Below, piece after piece: positions 10,473-23,600 of a stretch of 64,000 bases of DNA. The first letter of the stretch is position 1; each line of letters opens with the position of its first letter. Below the pieces are notes generated by a model. The model searched no databases, was not told where the DNA came from, and saw nothing but the letters and a program-made list of their open reading frames with translations. Source of the stretch: a virus. The DNA lies in IMG/VR virus record IMGVR_UViG_3300035204_001665, positions 18,870 through 82,869 of that record. One strand, written 5' to 3'. The position numbers and the translations under genes are program-made.

Positions 10473-11630
10473 ATGCAAGACCCGGTAGACGTAAACGCTT
10501 ATAATAACCCAGATATTCCTGATATTTCCTTGCCAGACATTCCAATGCCTGAGCCAGAAGAGGTAGTCGTAAAGGAAGTGAAAGACGAAATGGACGCAGC
10601 CTTCAAATTTGCTTTTGTAGGGGCTGGCCAAGGCGGATCGAGAATCGCAGAGACATTCCACAAATTGGGGTACAGAAAAATTGCGGTTCTCAACACTGCT
10701 CAACAAGACTTAAACACTGTTAACTTGCAAAATAAACTTCTAATTGGAGAAGGCGGTGCCGGGAAAGATCCCGCATATGCAAAAAAAGTATTCGCCGAAA
10801 AGAAAGAGGAAGTAGTAGATTTCATGAGATATTCGTTCGGCGAAGAACTGGATAAAATCATGGTGTGCGCAGGTGCGGGTGGAGGAACAGGGTCAGGTAC
10901 AGTGACTTCCTTAGTCCTCGCTGCGAAAGAATTACAGGATACACTCGGAGCAAAGACTCCGAAGGTCGGTGTCATTTTAGCCTTACCCAAACATTCCGAA
11001 GGAAAAAAGGTTAATGCAAATGCCCACAAATGTTTAAATGACGTTTATAAGTTGGTGGAAGAAGGTATAGTATCTCCTTTCGTCATCATTGATAATGAAA
11101 GGATCGGTAAGCTGTATCCCAACTTGGTTGTTTCTAAATTTTGGGATACCGCTAACATGAGCATGGCTGGTCTGTTTCACTTATTTAACTTAACTGCTTC
11201 TAGAGACAGCTCTTATACGGCTTTCGATTCTAGTGATTATAAGTCTGTACTAGATTCTGGATTAATGATGTTCGGTGCTGCCCCAGTGAAAGACTGGGAA
11301 GATCCGGTTAGTATTTCCAGAGCGATAAGAGACAATTTCAAAAAAGGTTTACTTTCGGGAGGTATCGATGTTTCTACGGGTAATTGCGCCGGAGCAATTG
11401 TCGTAGGAGGGAAAGAACAACTCGACAATATACCTCAATCCAGCCTCGATCAAGCATTTGACCAATTATGTAGGATGCTTAAGCCGGGGAACGTCGTCCA
11501 CAGGGGCATTTACAGCGGCGACAAGCCCTCTCTGACGGTTTATACGGCCGTTGGGGGTCTAGGTAAGCCTGTAGACAAACTGAGCGAATTAATGAAGCTC
11601 GGAGACATGGTTCCCCTCGAAGAGGACTAA
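10473..11630 (+). CDS. Tubulin/FtsZ-family GTPase (phage tubulin-like protein)
   Basis: T1 loop GAGQGGSRIA, NTAQQDL, GEGGAGKDP, signature GAGGGTGSG, IIDNE, and T7-like AFDSSDY. Confidence 0.93.
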   Translation: MQDPVDVNAYNNPDIPDISLPDIPMPEPEEVVVKEVKDEMDAAFKFAFVGAGQGGSRIAETFHKLGYRKIAVLNTAQQDLNTVNLQNKLLIGEGGAGKDPAYAKKVFAEKKEEVVDFMRYSFGEELDKIMVCAGAGGGTGSGTVTSLVLAAKELQDTLGAKTPKVGVILALPKHSEGKKVNANAHKCLNDVYKLVEEGIVSPFVIIDNERIGKLYPNLVVSKFWDTANMSMAGLFHLFNLTASRDSSYTAFDSSDYKSVLDSGLMMFGAAPVKDWEDPVSISRAIRDNFKKGLLSGGIDVSTGNCAGAIVVGGKEQLDNIPQSSLDQAFDQLCRMLKPGNVVHRGIYSGDKPSLTVYTAVGGLGKPVDKLSELMKLGDMVPLEED

Positions 11631-11636
11631 AGAGCC

Positions 11637-14600
11637 TTACCCCCTATTTTGTGTGGATTGATGGAGTATTCCTCCCTGTCTTTTCTGCTGTACGATAGTC
11701 TCTACTACGGTTTGTTTGATAAGTGTTCCAAGCGATCTGGCCTTTTCGAGAGATATCCCTTCTCCTCCAGTATTTACGTCGGTCGTTATCCCTCCGTTTT
11801 CGTTTAGATTTACGTTAATTGTAATATTGTTTGTTGTATCCCCATCAGCGACAGAGGGCTCAGACATTATTCCTTTGGCATTTTTCTCTGATCCCTTGCT
11901 TGATCGTAGACCATTTCCGCCCACGTACCCGCCCGAAGCAAACGCAGGGACATTCCCCTTGTTCAGTTGGGTAAAGAAATCTGAACCGTATTTTTGTACT
12001 GCACTTCTATTGACTACGTATTCTCCGCCCATTAACATGGCTGGGATAGCGTCGCCGATTAGTCCGCCCGTGGCCTTCCCGATACCTCTACTGGTTACCG
12101 CTCCTCCCGAAGCTCCACCTAGCCAGCTAAAGAAGTTGCCGCCGACGGTGCCTTGCGCTCCGGGCATGCCTAGCCCAGCGCCACCTGTTAATGCACTTAT
12201 GCCTAATGATGCCGCAGCAGCGATCATGGAGTACTTCATTCTCTTCTTCTTCGCGGCCTTCCATTTTGCTACTGCTTCTGCATGGGCAATTAGATCACTT
12301 GCTCTATCTTCGTAGTAGCTATAAAGTTTGGACACCTTGTCTTGTCTAATTTTGTTCCTTGGATTGTCACTGTCGGCAAGTGCTTGTCTAGTTAATCTAG
12401 GATCTATTGAAAAGTAACTATGATCAAGCGACGGGAACTTATCACTATCGTAAACAAATGCATTTCTTAAATTATAATCTACCCATCTTCCCTCTCTCCC
12501 ATGTTTTATATTCGAGACCAGTCCTTCTTGCGGATCGGCGAATGCGTTTGCCTCCCATTGCGCTTTTAACTTAGCTATGTCTTTGGTAGACATTCCTAGT
12601 CCACCGTGCGTCGTGGGCTCAGACAAGTGCGTCCAGTAATCTACCTTATAGTTCTTTTTTCCAAAGAAGCTGGGGTCTGGATCTGTGTGTTCATATTGAG
12701 GTAGACCTCTTTGTCTTCTTAAGGCGGTCATTTCTGACACTAAAGTTTTGCTGCCGTCAGGATATAGAATATATGCCGGCTGGCCTAATTTTGGATCTCC
12801 GACAATCTTTCCGGGGCCTCTTCCTGCACGGACGCCTGCACCGACTCTGCCTCCGGTGGCATATTTATTTACCGCCCCAAATCCCTCATTATTAATGAGA
12901 TCAATTAGAGAAACTCCATACTTTTTAACCGCCGCTTTTCTTAGTACATATTCCCCTTGTTGTAAAAATGCAGGCACATCGTCTTTGGTTCCTGACCCTC
13001 CTACAACTGGTCCACCTCTAGCAAATTTTTGAACACCATTATTAGTAATCAAGCCACCCGTTGCTGCTGGAGCAGCCTGCGCGAACGAGCCTATTACTCT
13101 ATTTACTGTCATCTGGAGTACTTGATCTAGAGCATAATCGGCCAACTTTAGGAACATGTCACTGAAAGCTTCCTCCAAAGTCTTAGTTCCCTTAATCGCT
13201 TCGCCAAACGCAGAAGCTATTCCGCTTCTGAACTCCATGCCAAATGTAAATAATGCTTCATCAGCATCGATCATCATTTCTTTGGTTCCGTAGTGCCAAG
13301 CGGCGAAGAGATCCTTGAAGGTCTGCTTCATTTGATAACTTCCGTCCTTAATAGACTTTCTAGTTTCTTCCCTTCGAGCTTCTATTGTTTCCCGACTTAG
13401 TGTTCCCGGGTCGAGCATGTCTAAATTAATTTGTTCTCTTAGGTCGGTTAAATCATTTTTTAGTTTCTTTATTTTTATATTTTTCCATGCTTCCTCTAGA
13501 CTCTTTCCATCTTTCGCCATTTGTTCCAGCAATTTTGCTTGGTGTTCATATTTCTTGGCCTCCTCAGAGGCCGCTAGGGCTCCTTCCACATCTTCGCCTA
13601 ACATCAAGGTATCGTGTTTAGCCCAAGCTCGCTTTGCTGCCACTTTCATATTTTCGATTACTGGAGCTATGGGAGTAGTAATACCCGGTTGGATTTTGCC
13701 CGGCATTAGATCTGGATGATCCTTAAGAAGAGACGCGGTACCCACTTGCCACGCTGCCCTTCCTGCTTGCCAAGTTTTTTCCTCTTGTGCAGAAATAGCT
13801 GAAGGCATTGCCCCAGAAGCCTTCATCAAATAAAGAGTTCTTCTTTCTAGTTGGAACCGATTATCGTGAGCCTCCTTGGACATTTTGAGACTATTCTCGT
13901 GAAAGTTCTTCTGAGCCTTTGTCATCGCTAAGTAAAACTCTCTTATCTGCTTAGGCGTTAGCTTCTGACCGCCAAGGTCTAGTTGGGTTAGCTCGTCAAA
14001 GAGCCGCTTTTGTACTTCCGGGCTTTGCCCGGGACCAAATACATCCTCCGAGGTACCAAGGCTACCCTGAAGATATCCATGAAGCACTCGGCCACCTTGC
14101 TTATTTAAGCCAAATTTCTTTTCTAAATCTGTTATCCATTTTGGGCGTTCCCCCTTTCCTTGTATGCCCAAAGACGCAAGCAGCCCTCCCAGCTTTTTCT
14201 TAAGGGGGCTTTTACTATCTGACCAGTAAGGTACTCCCGGAGCCTCGCCGCCCAAGGGCCTAGCATCTATACCGGCTCTACGGGCCGCCTCAGGGGTTTG
14301 GTTCCACCCTATGTTCAAGCTCCTCCAAGAATTAGCCGGGGCCTGTCCGGCTTGGATAAGCCTAGATTGACTAGGAAACAGCCCAAGCGGCGCATACCCG
14401 GGCCTTTTGCCCCCTGAAGAAGTATCAAGTCCCAAGCGTTTTTTGATCGTATCAATGAGGTTCTGGTCCTTGCCGCCTCCTCCAGTTCCAAACATAAACT
14501 GCTCTAAACTTTTTTCTATTCTCTTCTCAAGGCCGCTGGCCAATTGTTGCAAGTTGTCAGATGTCGCTGGGCCACTTCTCAATTGCAGGATTGAACGATC

Positions 14601-17600
14601 TAGTTCTTTTATCTCCGCGTCCAATTGTTGAAGCTGTAGGTTAAAGCCTTCTTTTAATAATTTTTGTAGCTCTTTAAGTGTGTCTCTCTGTGCGTCTGTA
14701 GCGTCCTCCATCACTGACCTAATATCTTCCATCACTAACTGGGTACCTAATTGTTCATTCGGGGCAAGTATTTTTCTTATTTGTTCATCTAATTTCTTCT
14801 TCTTGGCGGGCATCCTTTGAATTGCATATAAAGTGGGGTCGAGACCTTCCAGCCTTATCTGGTCTGTTAGACCACCAATCAAATCATCAAGATTGTCTAC
14901 TTGGTCCTCGACATATTGTTTTAATATTTTATCTACTTCCTTTTGGGCAATCTGGATATCGAGATATCTCTCACGAATTACAGAGTCTGACTGCATTGCT
15001 GCTTGCCTTAATGCGTTAGCTTGCGTTTTGTAATGTTCGTATTTGGCCCTTAGTTGTGCTATTTTTTTCGGGTCCTCTTCCTGCGCCTCCATAATCTCTA
15101 GCTCTAGTCGCATTTCCTCTGCCATGACCTTGGTTTGATCAGATTCCTTCAATCGCGCATTTCTCCAAGCGGTCGCAGTTGGTCGGGTAGCCTGCGCTGC
15201 ACTCGCTGCACTAGGATCTCTTGTCGCCGCTCCCCAGAAATCGAAACCGGTCGATTGACCTCCTTGGTATGCCATACTCGCATAATTTTTCCTCCAAGCG
15301 TCCATGGATAAACCTATTCGCCCACTACGCATTTCTCTTTGTCCGGCTCTATTAGCGGTTGGTGTAAGTGACGCCTCGAAAATTCTTCTATTTAATTGAC
15401 TTAAGTCTTCATTAGCTTGATCTGCATTCTTTAATTGCATTTCAAATAATATTCTTCGACGTTCTGTCTTGGCTGCTTCGTCTTTAATTTCGTTGTCGTA
15501 AATTTTAGCAAATTGGCTTTCGTATTTTCTTACTCTTAGTTCATTTAAATTAGCGAGTGAGGTTATTTTTTCCTGAACCGTTTTCATTGGGGATAATTGA
15601 GTATCCAAGTTATCTAACATGGCATTTTCTAAAGCATCATTGAGATCAATCATTTGATCCTTTATATACGTTTTCATCTCTTCGCCCAGTGGGCCCTGTT
15701 GGGCTTTAGCTAAGTGTCTCCATCCGCCAACGCCGAACATCTGACCTCCCACGCCAGAGAGTCTTCCCGCCTGATCCCAATTTGATCCGAGTTCAGGTTG
15801 CCCAAATAATCTGCCTATGCCGGGTTGATGCACGGAAGTTCTAAGCATGGAGCCTCTATCTCCTATTGGAATACCGGCAGCAGTAAATTTTTCTTCTGTA
15901 GCTTTTCTTCCTCGTCTCCAATCCCCCACAGCCGAAGCGTGCTCTGTTGCCATTTGTTTTTTCCATTCTACATGTTTTTCCGCTGGAGTCAACCCGGCCC
16001 ATTTTGCCTTGGCATTGTCGCCGTATTTTTTAACGTAGTGTGCTGGTGGAACTGTCTGAGTGTCAGCTGGCATCGCCCCCCTTCTCGGCGCGGGAGCGTC
16101 ATAGCCTTTAACCTCTTCAGCTGTGATGCCATATCTAGCCGCCTGTAAACTCACGTTGGGAGTATAACCCCCGAATTGGAGCCTTTCCATACTCGCACTA
16201 TGACGCGTGGCTCGTGCAGCAGAAAAAGCTGCCCGATTGTCCCTAGTCGCAGGAAGTCTTTCGAGCTTCATCAATTTTTGTACGTTATCGTCTAGCGTGC
16301 CTTGTAGTTTTCTGAAGAAGTTCTCATGATCTTCGTCGAAAAGAACTTCTAGTCTGTCGACTAAAGTTTTTTGGAAATCTGTTAAGGCGAAGTCACCACC
16401 GAGAATCTTATCGAAATCTTGATCTCTTCCCCAGTCCGCAAATACTTCTTTAAATTTATAGCCAAGCGAAGTGTCTTTTAATTGACCCAATTCAGTCCTA
16501 GATTCAAGACCTGTAAACTTTGCGCGTTTAAAGGCCGTGTCTGCCGCATAGCCTTTTTCCATAAATTTTTGTATATCTATATCCCTCAAGATTTGAAGGG
16601 CCTTTATTTGATCTTGAAGGCTTCCGGCTTGGACGTTCGCTATGGCTTTTTCAATTCTTAGCCTGTACTCTTGGAGCTTTACGACATCTCCATGCTCCTC
16701 CCCAATCTTCTTGATTGCTTCCAAGACTCCCATCAGCTGCGCCTGTTCCAATGCGTCCTGTCGGTCGAAATTATCAATGTCATTATCAAACTTGTCTTGC
16801 AGCTGCTCGAGTCTCGATCTTATAGAACCCTCTATTTTGCTTTCCTTAATGCCTGTCTCCAATGCCATTTGTACTTCATTGAGGACGGATTGAGGGCTAC
16901 TTTCTGCCACCGCAGTCAATCCCAGACGTGTCCCAGTTCCGAAGCCCGCCCATTCCTTAGCAGTTCCGCCTCTGAAGAGCCACTCTGCCTCTTTTTGTAT
17001 TCTTTTAAAGTCTGGTAATATAGCATCCATTTGCGACATGCGCTCTTGCTGCTGGTTCCACCAAAACTCTTTACCCCAATCTGTAAATAAGGACGGTCCG
17101 GCTGTCATAGGCCTTAAGTTAGGGTCACGGCCTTCATTTAGGCGTTCCCTCTCCTCGTTGTAGTATTCTTGATCTCTCAATGCTGCCAGCCTTTTTAGTC
17201 CGGTAGCTAAATCTCTTAACTCAGCATCAGTCATATCTATAGACTTCTTGCCTCCCTTACCGCCTTTGGTCCATCCGCCAACAAGTGAAGCTTTATATCT
17301 CTCGGCATCCTCTTGATCTTTGAGATTCTCAGATGCCTGCAGCCTGAAATAAGCGTCGATCGCAAGAGCACCTTGCCAGAATCTATTCTTTTTCATTCCA
17401 GACTCTCCGTACGAGCCGGCCTTCGGAACCTCTTTCCTTGCTGTCTCTTTATCTACTGCGAGCTCTATCCTCGCATCTCTCACTTTTAGTGCTTGGTTGC
17501 GCACAGCTCTTTCTCTAAAATCCCTTGCTAAATCCGCCGGCGGCGGCGGATTTAAAGGCCCGGCCCCGGAAACTTCAAAAACTTGACCACCTTGGTCGAT

Positions 17601-20600
17601 GGCACGTTCCTTAGCCTTAAGATTCAGAACCGCCTCTTGCCTGTCAATCCTTTCGTCGAGGAGTCTAATTCGTCTCCTTTCCCATTCTAGTGCATCTTTA
17701 AAATACTGTTCCTGCTTGTCGTTCGGCGCTAGATCCCATTCCTCACTCATGCCAAGTGCTTCTTTACTTAGCTTAATAGACAGTTTCTTATGACGCTCCG
17801 CTTCTGAATACGCCTTTTTGCGCTGTATTTCTAACTCGCGCTTTTCATGTTTATCGATATTGTCACGGCGCGAAAACTCCGTTATATTATCCCCTTTCAA
17901 TGTCCATATATCGCCTCGCTGTCTATGAGCCTCCGCGAGCCTTTCCTTTTCAGCGATCTGAGCCCTGCGGGAGATATTAGGAAGGTCTTCGCCGTATTTC
18001 ATGTATTTTTGATATGCATGTTTATAGCTTGCCAGCCAATCTTCATCGCCCCTATCTCCGGTCCTATCATTGGGCTCTACTCCCGTGTACCCCAGCTTTT
18101 TCGCCATAAACCATGCGCCTTGTTGATTTATGACCCTATCGCCACCAGTGGTTCCGCCGAGGAGGCTGGTAAACATCTTCACCCACTGAGTTCCGGTGCC
18201 CACGTTCCTGTCAATTATTTGAGAAAGGGCTCCATACAGAGTAGCTTCCTCTCCCTTTTTATATTTCACGAAGAAGTCACCCTCGTCTGATACCCCATTC
18301 TCGAAAAAGTCGTCCCCAATGGCTGGCAGAGCGCCGCCGCCGAGTGGCACGATTCTACCCGCATCGAGCTCCTTCTGCGTATATGTTCCTCGTTTCCTAT
18401 ACATGCCATCCTGACTCCAAACCGTATTGCCGGCTGCATCTTTTTCCCATGGTTGCCAATTGCCCGCTTTTGCTACAGCTAAATTTGCCTGAAAGTCTGG
18501 TCCCATGTTCGCGAGCACGCCTGAATCAAATCTTACATCTGATGGTATTTGTCCACGTGCTATTTGCTTAAGTGCTTCTACTCGTCCAGCATGACTGAGA
18601 TTCGGATCATCAAATAGAGCTTGCCCGACTGACATGAAAGCTTTAGCTTGCGCCGTCCTTGCCTCCCTTTGCGCTTTCTCAGCCGTACCCCCGGAACCAT
18701 CAGCGAGCAAGTTTCCCTGATCCCACTTCATCCAACCCATCTGCATAGCTAGATATTTTGACCGCAGATCTTTAAATTGTACATCCATCTTGCCTTGTTG
18801 GCTCAATCTTTCCTGTTCTGCGTCACTCGTGCTATTCATTAGCTGCATCGCTCTTTTTTCGTTCTTGTTAATCTCTTGGAGATTCTTCATGTACGTTTGA
18901 ATTCCGAAACCAACGTTAAAAGCAGTGATGAGACGTGACAGGCTATCATCTATTGACTGGAATCCCGCTTCATTTGTCGCCGTTATCACTGTCCCGATAT
19001 TGTCTATTCCGGTTTCTTTTATTGCTCGAGTAAAGGCACTTTGGTTTGCCTCCTCCAAGAATCTCCACTGATCCCCAAACATCTCCCTCAACAACTCCAT
19101 ATCATTTCTAATTTTGATCACATCTTCAGGCAAGGCTTTCAATTTCAACGCAGCGCTGACTTGCTGCATCGCGTCGTCTATTGCTCCTTCGCTCATTGAT
19201 TTAAAGACGCCCTGCCTCCACAATTCATCGTCTGGTTTAGCGCCCCCCCAAGACCTCAGGTTTTTATCCTTAATTTTGAGCTGTTTTTGTACGTCTAAAG
19301 TCAGGCCCAGTACGGCACTAGCAATCATCTTGTCGTAAGTCGGGTCGGAAAGCTGTCCCGCGTCCATACTGAAATTTTTTGTTAGATCCTGTAAAGACTT
19401 AAAGTCCGCCCTTCCTCTATTCATAAGTCGCTGCGGTATAGTCGGGCTAAATTCCGCCTCCGCCCTTTCCTCTCGCAGACTTCTAGTCTTTTTCCATCTT
19501 TCTCCTCCAGCAAAGCTAGCTATCCCTCCTCCAAATTTTAACTGTTGTTGAAGTTCGATTAGTCTTTCTTGATTCTTTGTTTGTATTTTTTGAATCATTA
19601 TCTCTTCTTGTTGTTGCTGTAGCAACTTCATTAAGCTTTGTTCGGCCGATTCTTTCAGAGAGCCTATCTCATTCACTACGGAATCTATCTCGGTAGAACT
19701 CAATCCTACGGTATTAAGCTCCCGACGAAGATTTTTCACTATGTTCGGCATCATTTGTTCCGGGGCAGCGGCTGATTGGTGCAGGGCTTTTCCCAGTATT
19801 TCAGAGAACGCCTGTTGAGCTCTCTCTCTTTTCTTTAATTCAGTTTTTTCAGTGATCGATAAGGGCTGGCCTTCTTTATATTGTTTTAGTTGTAGTCTTT
19901 GTACTGTCTTAGCATTTTCGTCCAGCTTTTTATCAAGAACACCAATTATGCTGCGCTGAGTTTTTGCAACCAATAACTGCCCTGACGCTAAATATTTCTC
20001 CATAGTGGCCATCTCTGCTATCTGTTGCTTCCGCTGCATTTGATCCCATTTTCCCTCGAAAGGATCAATCAATTTCGAGTGACCCCTCGCGTTTGTTAGG
20101 ACGGCCTTCCTAGAATAAGATTCTCTCATTCTTCTTCTTTCATTATGCCCTTCTACTCTTTTTCTTGCAATGTCAGTAATTGATTTAAGATTAAAATTAA
20201 AATGATCAAGCTGTTCTCCAGCTCTCTTCATTGCTACGTTAAATACGCCAGATATCTCTTTATTTTTTCTTATTACTTCCGCCAGCTTATCTAACTCGTC
20301 TGCGGCCTCGCTTTCAGCCTTTAGGCGATGCAGAATCGCCCCGTTGAGAGCGGTCATATCATGTATTCCTTTAACTAATACCTGCTCTATCGCCTCCATC
20401 AGTTCGGGGTTTAGGCCAACCTCCGCGAACCACTGCATATTATTTTTTACTCTCTCGTTATGCTTTATCCCGGGTCGGGTACCGGCCATCAATTTTCTTC
20501 TGAGCTCTTTGCCCGCAAAACCCTGAACGTCTTCCTTCTCTAACCTCCTCATGACAGAATCCACCACCGCATCTCTCGCAGCAGCTGCATTAAATCTCTG

Positions 20601-23600
20601 TTTTCTTGCCTGTTCAGCGCCACCCGCTGCAGCGGCTCCTCCACCGAATCCACCTTCTACACCTGTTTTGTCACCGCCCTGATGGCCCCAGAACCACCAC
20701 CCAATTTCGTCACGCTCCTTCCTGCCTTTTTCTATAGTTCCCGCAGCTTCAATGTCTTTAGCAACATCCTTCAGGGATTTTTCGATTCTTTCGAAGGTCT
20801 TTTTGAGTTCGTCGCCGCTATGAGCAGCCGCCCTAACATCCGCAGCAAATTCTCTCGGTACATTTCTTACGGACTCGAACATCGCGTCCGTTCTCTTTTT
20901 TAATTGTTCGGGGCTGATATCTGGATCAGTTAAAGCCTGCTGGTATTCAGCTTGATTCTTAAGATACTCTTGGGAAAGATTTTGAAACTCTTGCAGTTTT
21001 TCATTTGCCCCCTCTAGGGCCTCCTTCCATTTTTTGGTTTGGTCTCTAGAAGCTTCTCCCCACTTTTCAATTCCATCCAACACAGCGAATGTTGCAGCGC
21101 CAGCCATCACCCATGGATTGCCGCTCATTGCTCCCATCAAGCCAATGCTCATGCTATCTTGGACGACCTTGGACTTCTGCTCATCCATTCCGAGCCCGGC
21201 CATTGCTCCGCCGACCATAGGCATCGCCATCATTCCCATCATTGCCCCCTGTTGACCCCACTGTCCAACCATTCCTCCGCCGCGCTTCAACGAACCCATC
21301 ATACCGCCCCCCGCCGCTCCAGCGGCGGCACCGCCTACCATTTGCCCTGACGACATTGCATTTCTATTGTGCGCAGCAGCTTCTCTCGTGAGAGCTGCAG
21401 AATTTTTGTCATGTGCAGCGCGCTCTTCTTGAAGATCTATTTCTAGTTGCTTTCTTGTTGCTACTTCCTTATCGAGAGCTGCTCCTTCTTTTGTTCTTGA
21501 AACTTTATTCTTTTTTCTTTGTTGGACGCTGGCCCTTATTTCGTCCGCTTCTTTTTTTCGGTCTTTATTAGATTGGGTTAAAATTTTGTTTTCTTCCTTT
21601 TCCAGCTTTTCCTTTTCCTCATCAGTCATCGAGCTAGTCTTCCTTCCTTTAAGTCCAGCCTTTTCTCTAGCTTCCGATTTTTCTTTTCCGGTTAAATCGT
21701 CCCTTCCTCTTTCCTTATCTAACTTGTCGGCCTTGGCTAAATCTTTATCGTCTTTCTTTGTATTTTTTAAGTTTTTGGCAAACTCTTCTAGCGCTTGTTC
21801 TGCTTGCTCTGCGCCGTCGCCCAATTCTCTCTGCCGTTCCTTAAGATCCTCGCCCTCTGCCTGCATTGCTTCGAACCTAGTTCTAAGCTCTATGGCGGCT
21901 GAGCCTGTCTCTTTAAATTTATCTGCCAAGTCTTTGGCTCCCATAGCCATAAAGGCCAGAGCCATCGTATTTATGCCGGTGTCTACGCCGGTCATTCCTC
22001 CCCCCTCATCCTCCGCAAAGTTGGGAACAAACCCGCTTGAAGACAAAACCTTTTGAGCAGCCTTGGAGTTTTGCACTGCCCTACCTATACCTTCTGGATG
22101 ATCCCTTACTACATCAGCGAAACTACTTTGAGTTTTAGCGTCTCTTACATAAACTCCCACCCTAGGATTATAATCTAACGTCGGCTTTCCACCGAGCGCC
22201 TGCTCTGTCTCGATTGCTTCCATCACTCCGAAATTAGGAATGAAGCCCCCAGATTTTCCTTTGCCCTTTGTTCCCTTTTTACTACTTACTTCCGAACGTA
22301 TTCTCCTAAATTCATTGGCTATTTTTTCAGCCATACTTTTTCGAAGGGTCGGTGAATTCTGGGCCTTGTAATCTGCATGACCAACAAAGGGTACACCAAA
22401 TAAGTTTCTAACTTTTCCTGATCCTTTTGTACCCGATCTAACATCAAATCGTGCAGTTTCTACATCTTTAGCTCTAGCGAACGCTGCGTCTAATCCTGCT
22501 TCAAATACGTTGCCAACCGCAGATTTGAGAGCGCCAGTATTAAAATATTTCCCCGGCTCAGGAGTTAAAGCAGGCTTAATTGGGTCTGGACTGAATTCCC
22601 TTGCATACGCTGTCGCTGTTTTTGTCAAAGATTTTTCTACCTTTTTATGTAAAGAGTCCCTCCTGTTCTTGGGTATGTCTGGGTCATAAATATTAAATTT
22701 TATTCTCGTACTTTTCTTTCCTCTACCTGTTCCCGGAACTGACGCTATTGCTGAGGTCCCACGCCCAGCCCCGAGTCCCATCTCTGGCACTAACATCGCA
22801 GCCGACCGAGTAGCATCCCAAACTCCCCCAACTCTTCTCGGCTCAGCGACAGCGAAATTAGGAATAAATCCTCCAGAGAATAGTTTTTCTTTTCTTGCCG
22901 CTAAAGCGTTTTTGGTATCAAACCCCATTATCCTATTCATTTCGCCAAGGCTTCCTATGGCGGGAGTGCCAGAGGGAGACATCGTCCAAGTAGAAAGTTC
23001 ATTACCTCTATTTTTCGTTTCTATACCTATACGATTTTCTAGAGTACGTAAATGGGCAGCAGCCATTTGATCACCGCCCTTTATTTTTGATTGCAGCCTT
23101 CTCTTTAGGTGGCGCAAGCTAGAACTATTTGTTTCATATAAAGTTTTTTTAAAAATTTGAGCGACATATCTGGCTCTAAAAGATGGCTTAGATTCAACCG
23201 CAAAGTTTCTTCCTCCCACTCTTTCTCCCGAATCATAAGGTAACTTGAGTTTCTGTGGGTCCATGTCTTTTGCCGCTTGACTCTTGCCTCTAAATCGACC
23301 CATTCCAAATCCTCCGTATCTTGCGGCAAGTGCGGCTTCCTGTTGTCCTCCTTTTTTCGCCGCTCTCCTTCCTGTTCCTTTCGTAAATCCGGCCCTTTCT
23401 TTTTCGGTTATTGGTTTTTGTTGACCCAGCGTATTGATGGTTACATATTCACTTCCGGGAATAACATATTTAATGACTTTGCCTAGTTCTGGGCCGACCT
23501 CTTTAGCTAGCACGTCTCCCCTAATTTTTAATCTGCCACTAGACCCCTGTCTTCCCTGCTTGTCTACGCCAAGGCGTAGGGACGTAAGAAATTGCAAAAG

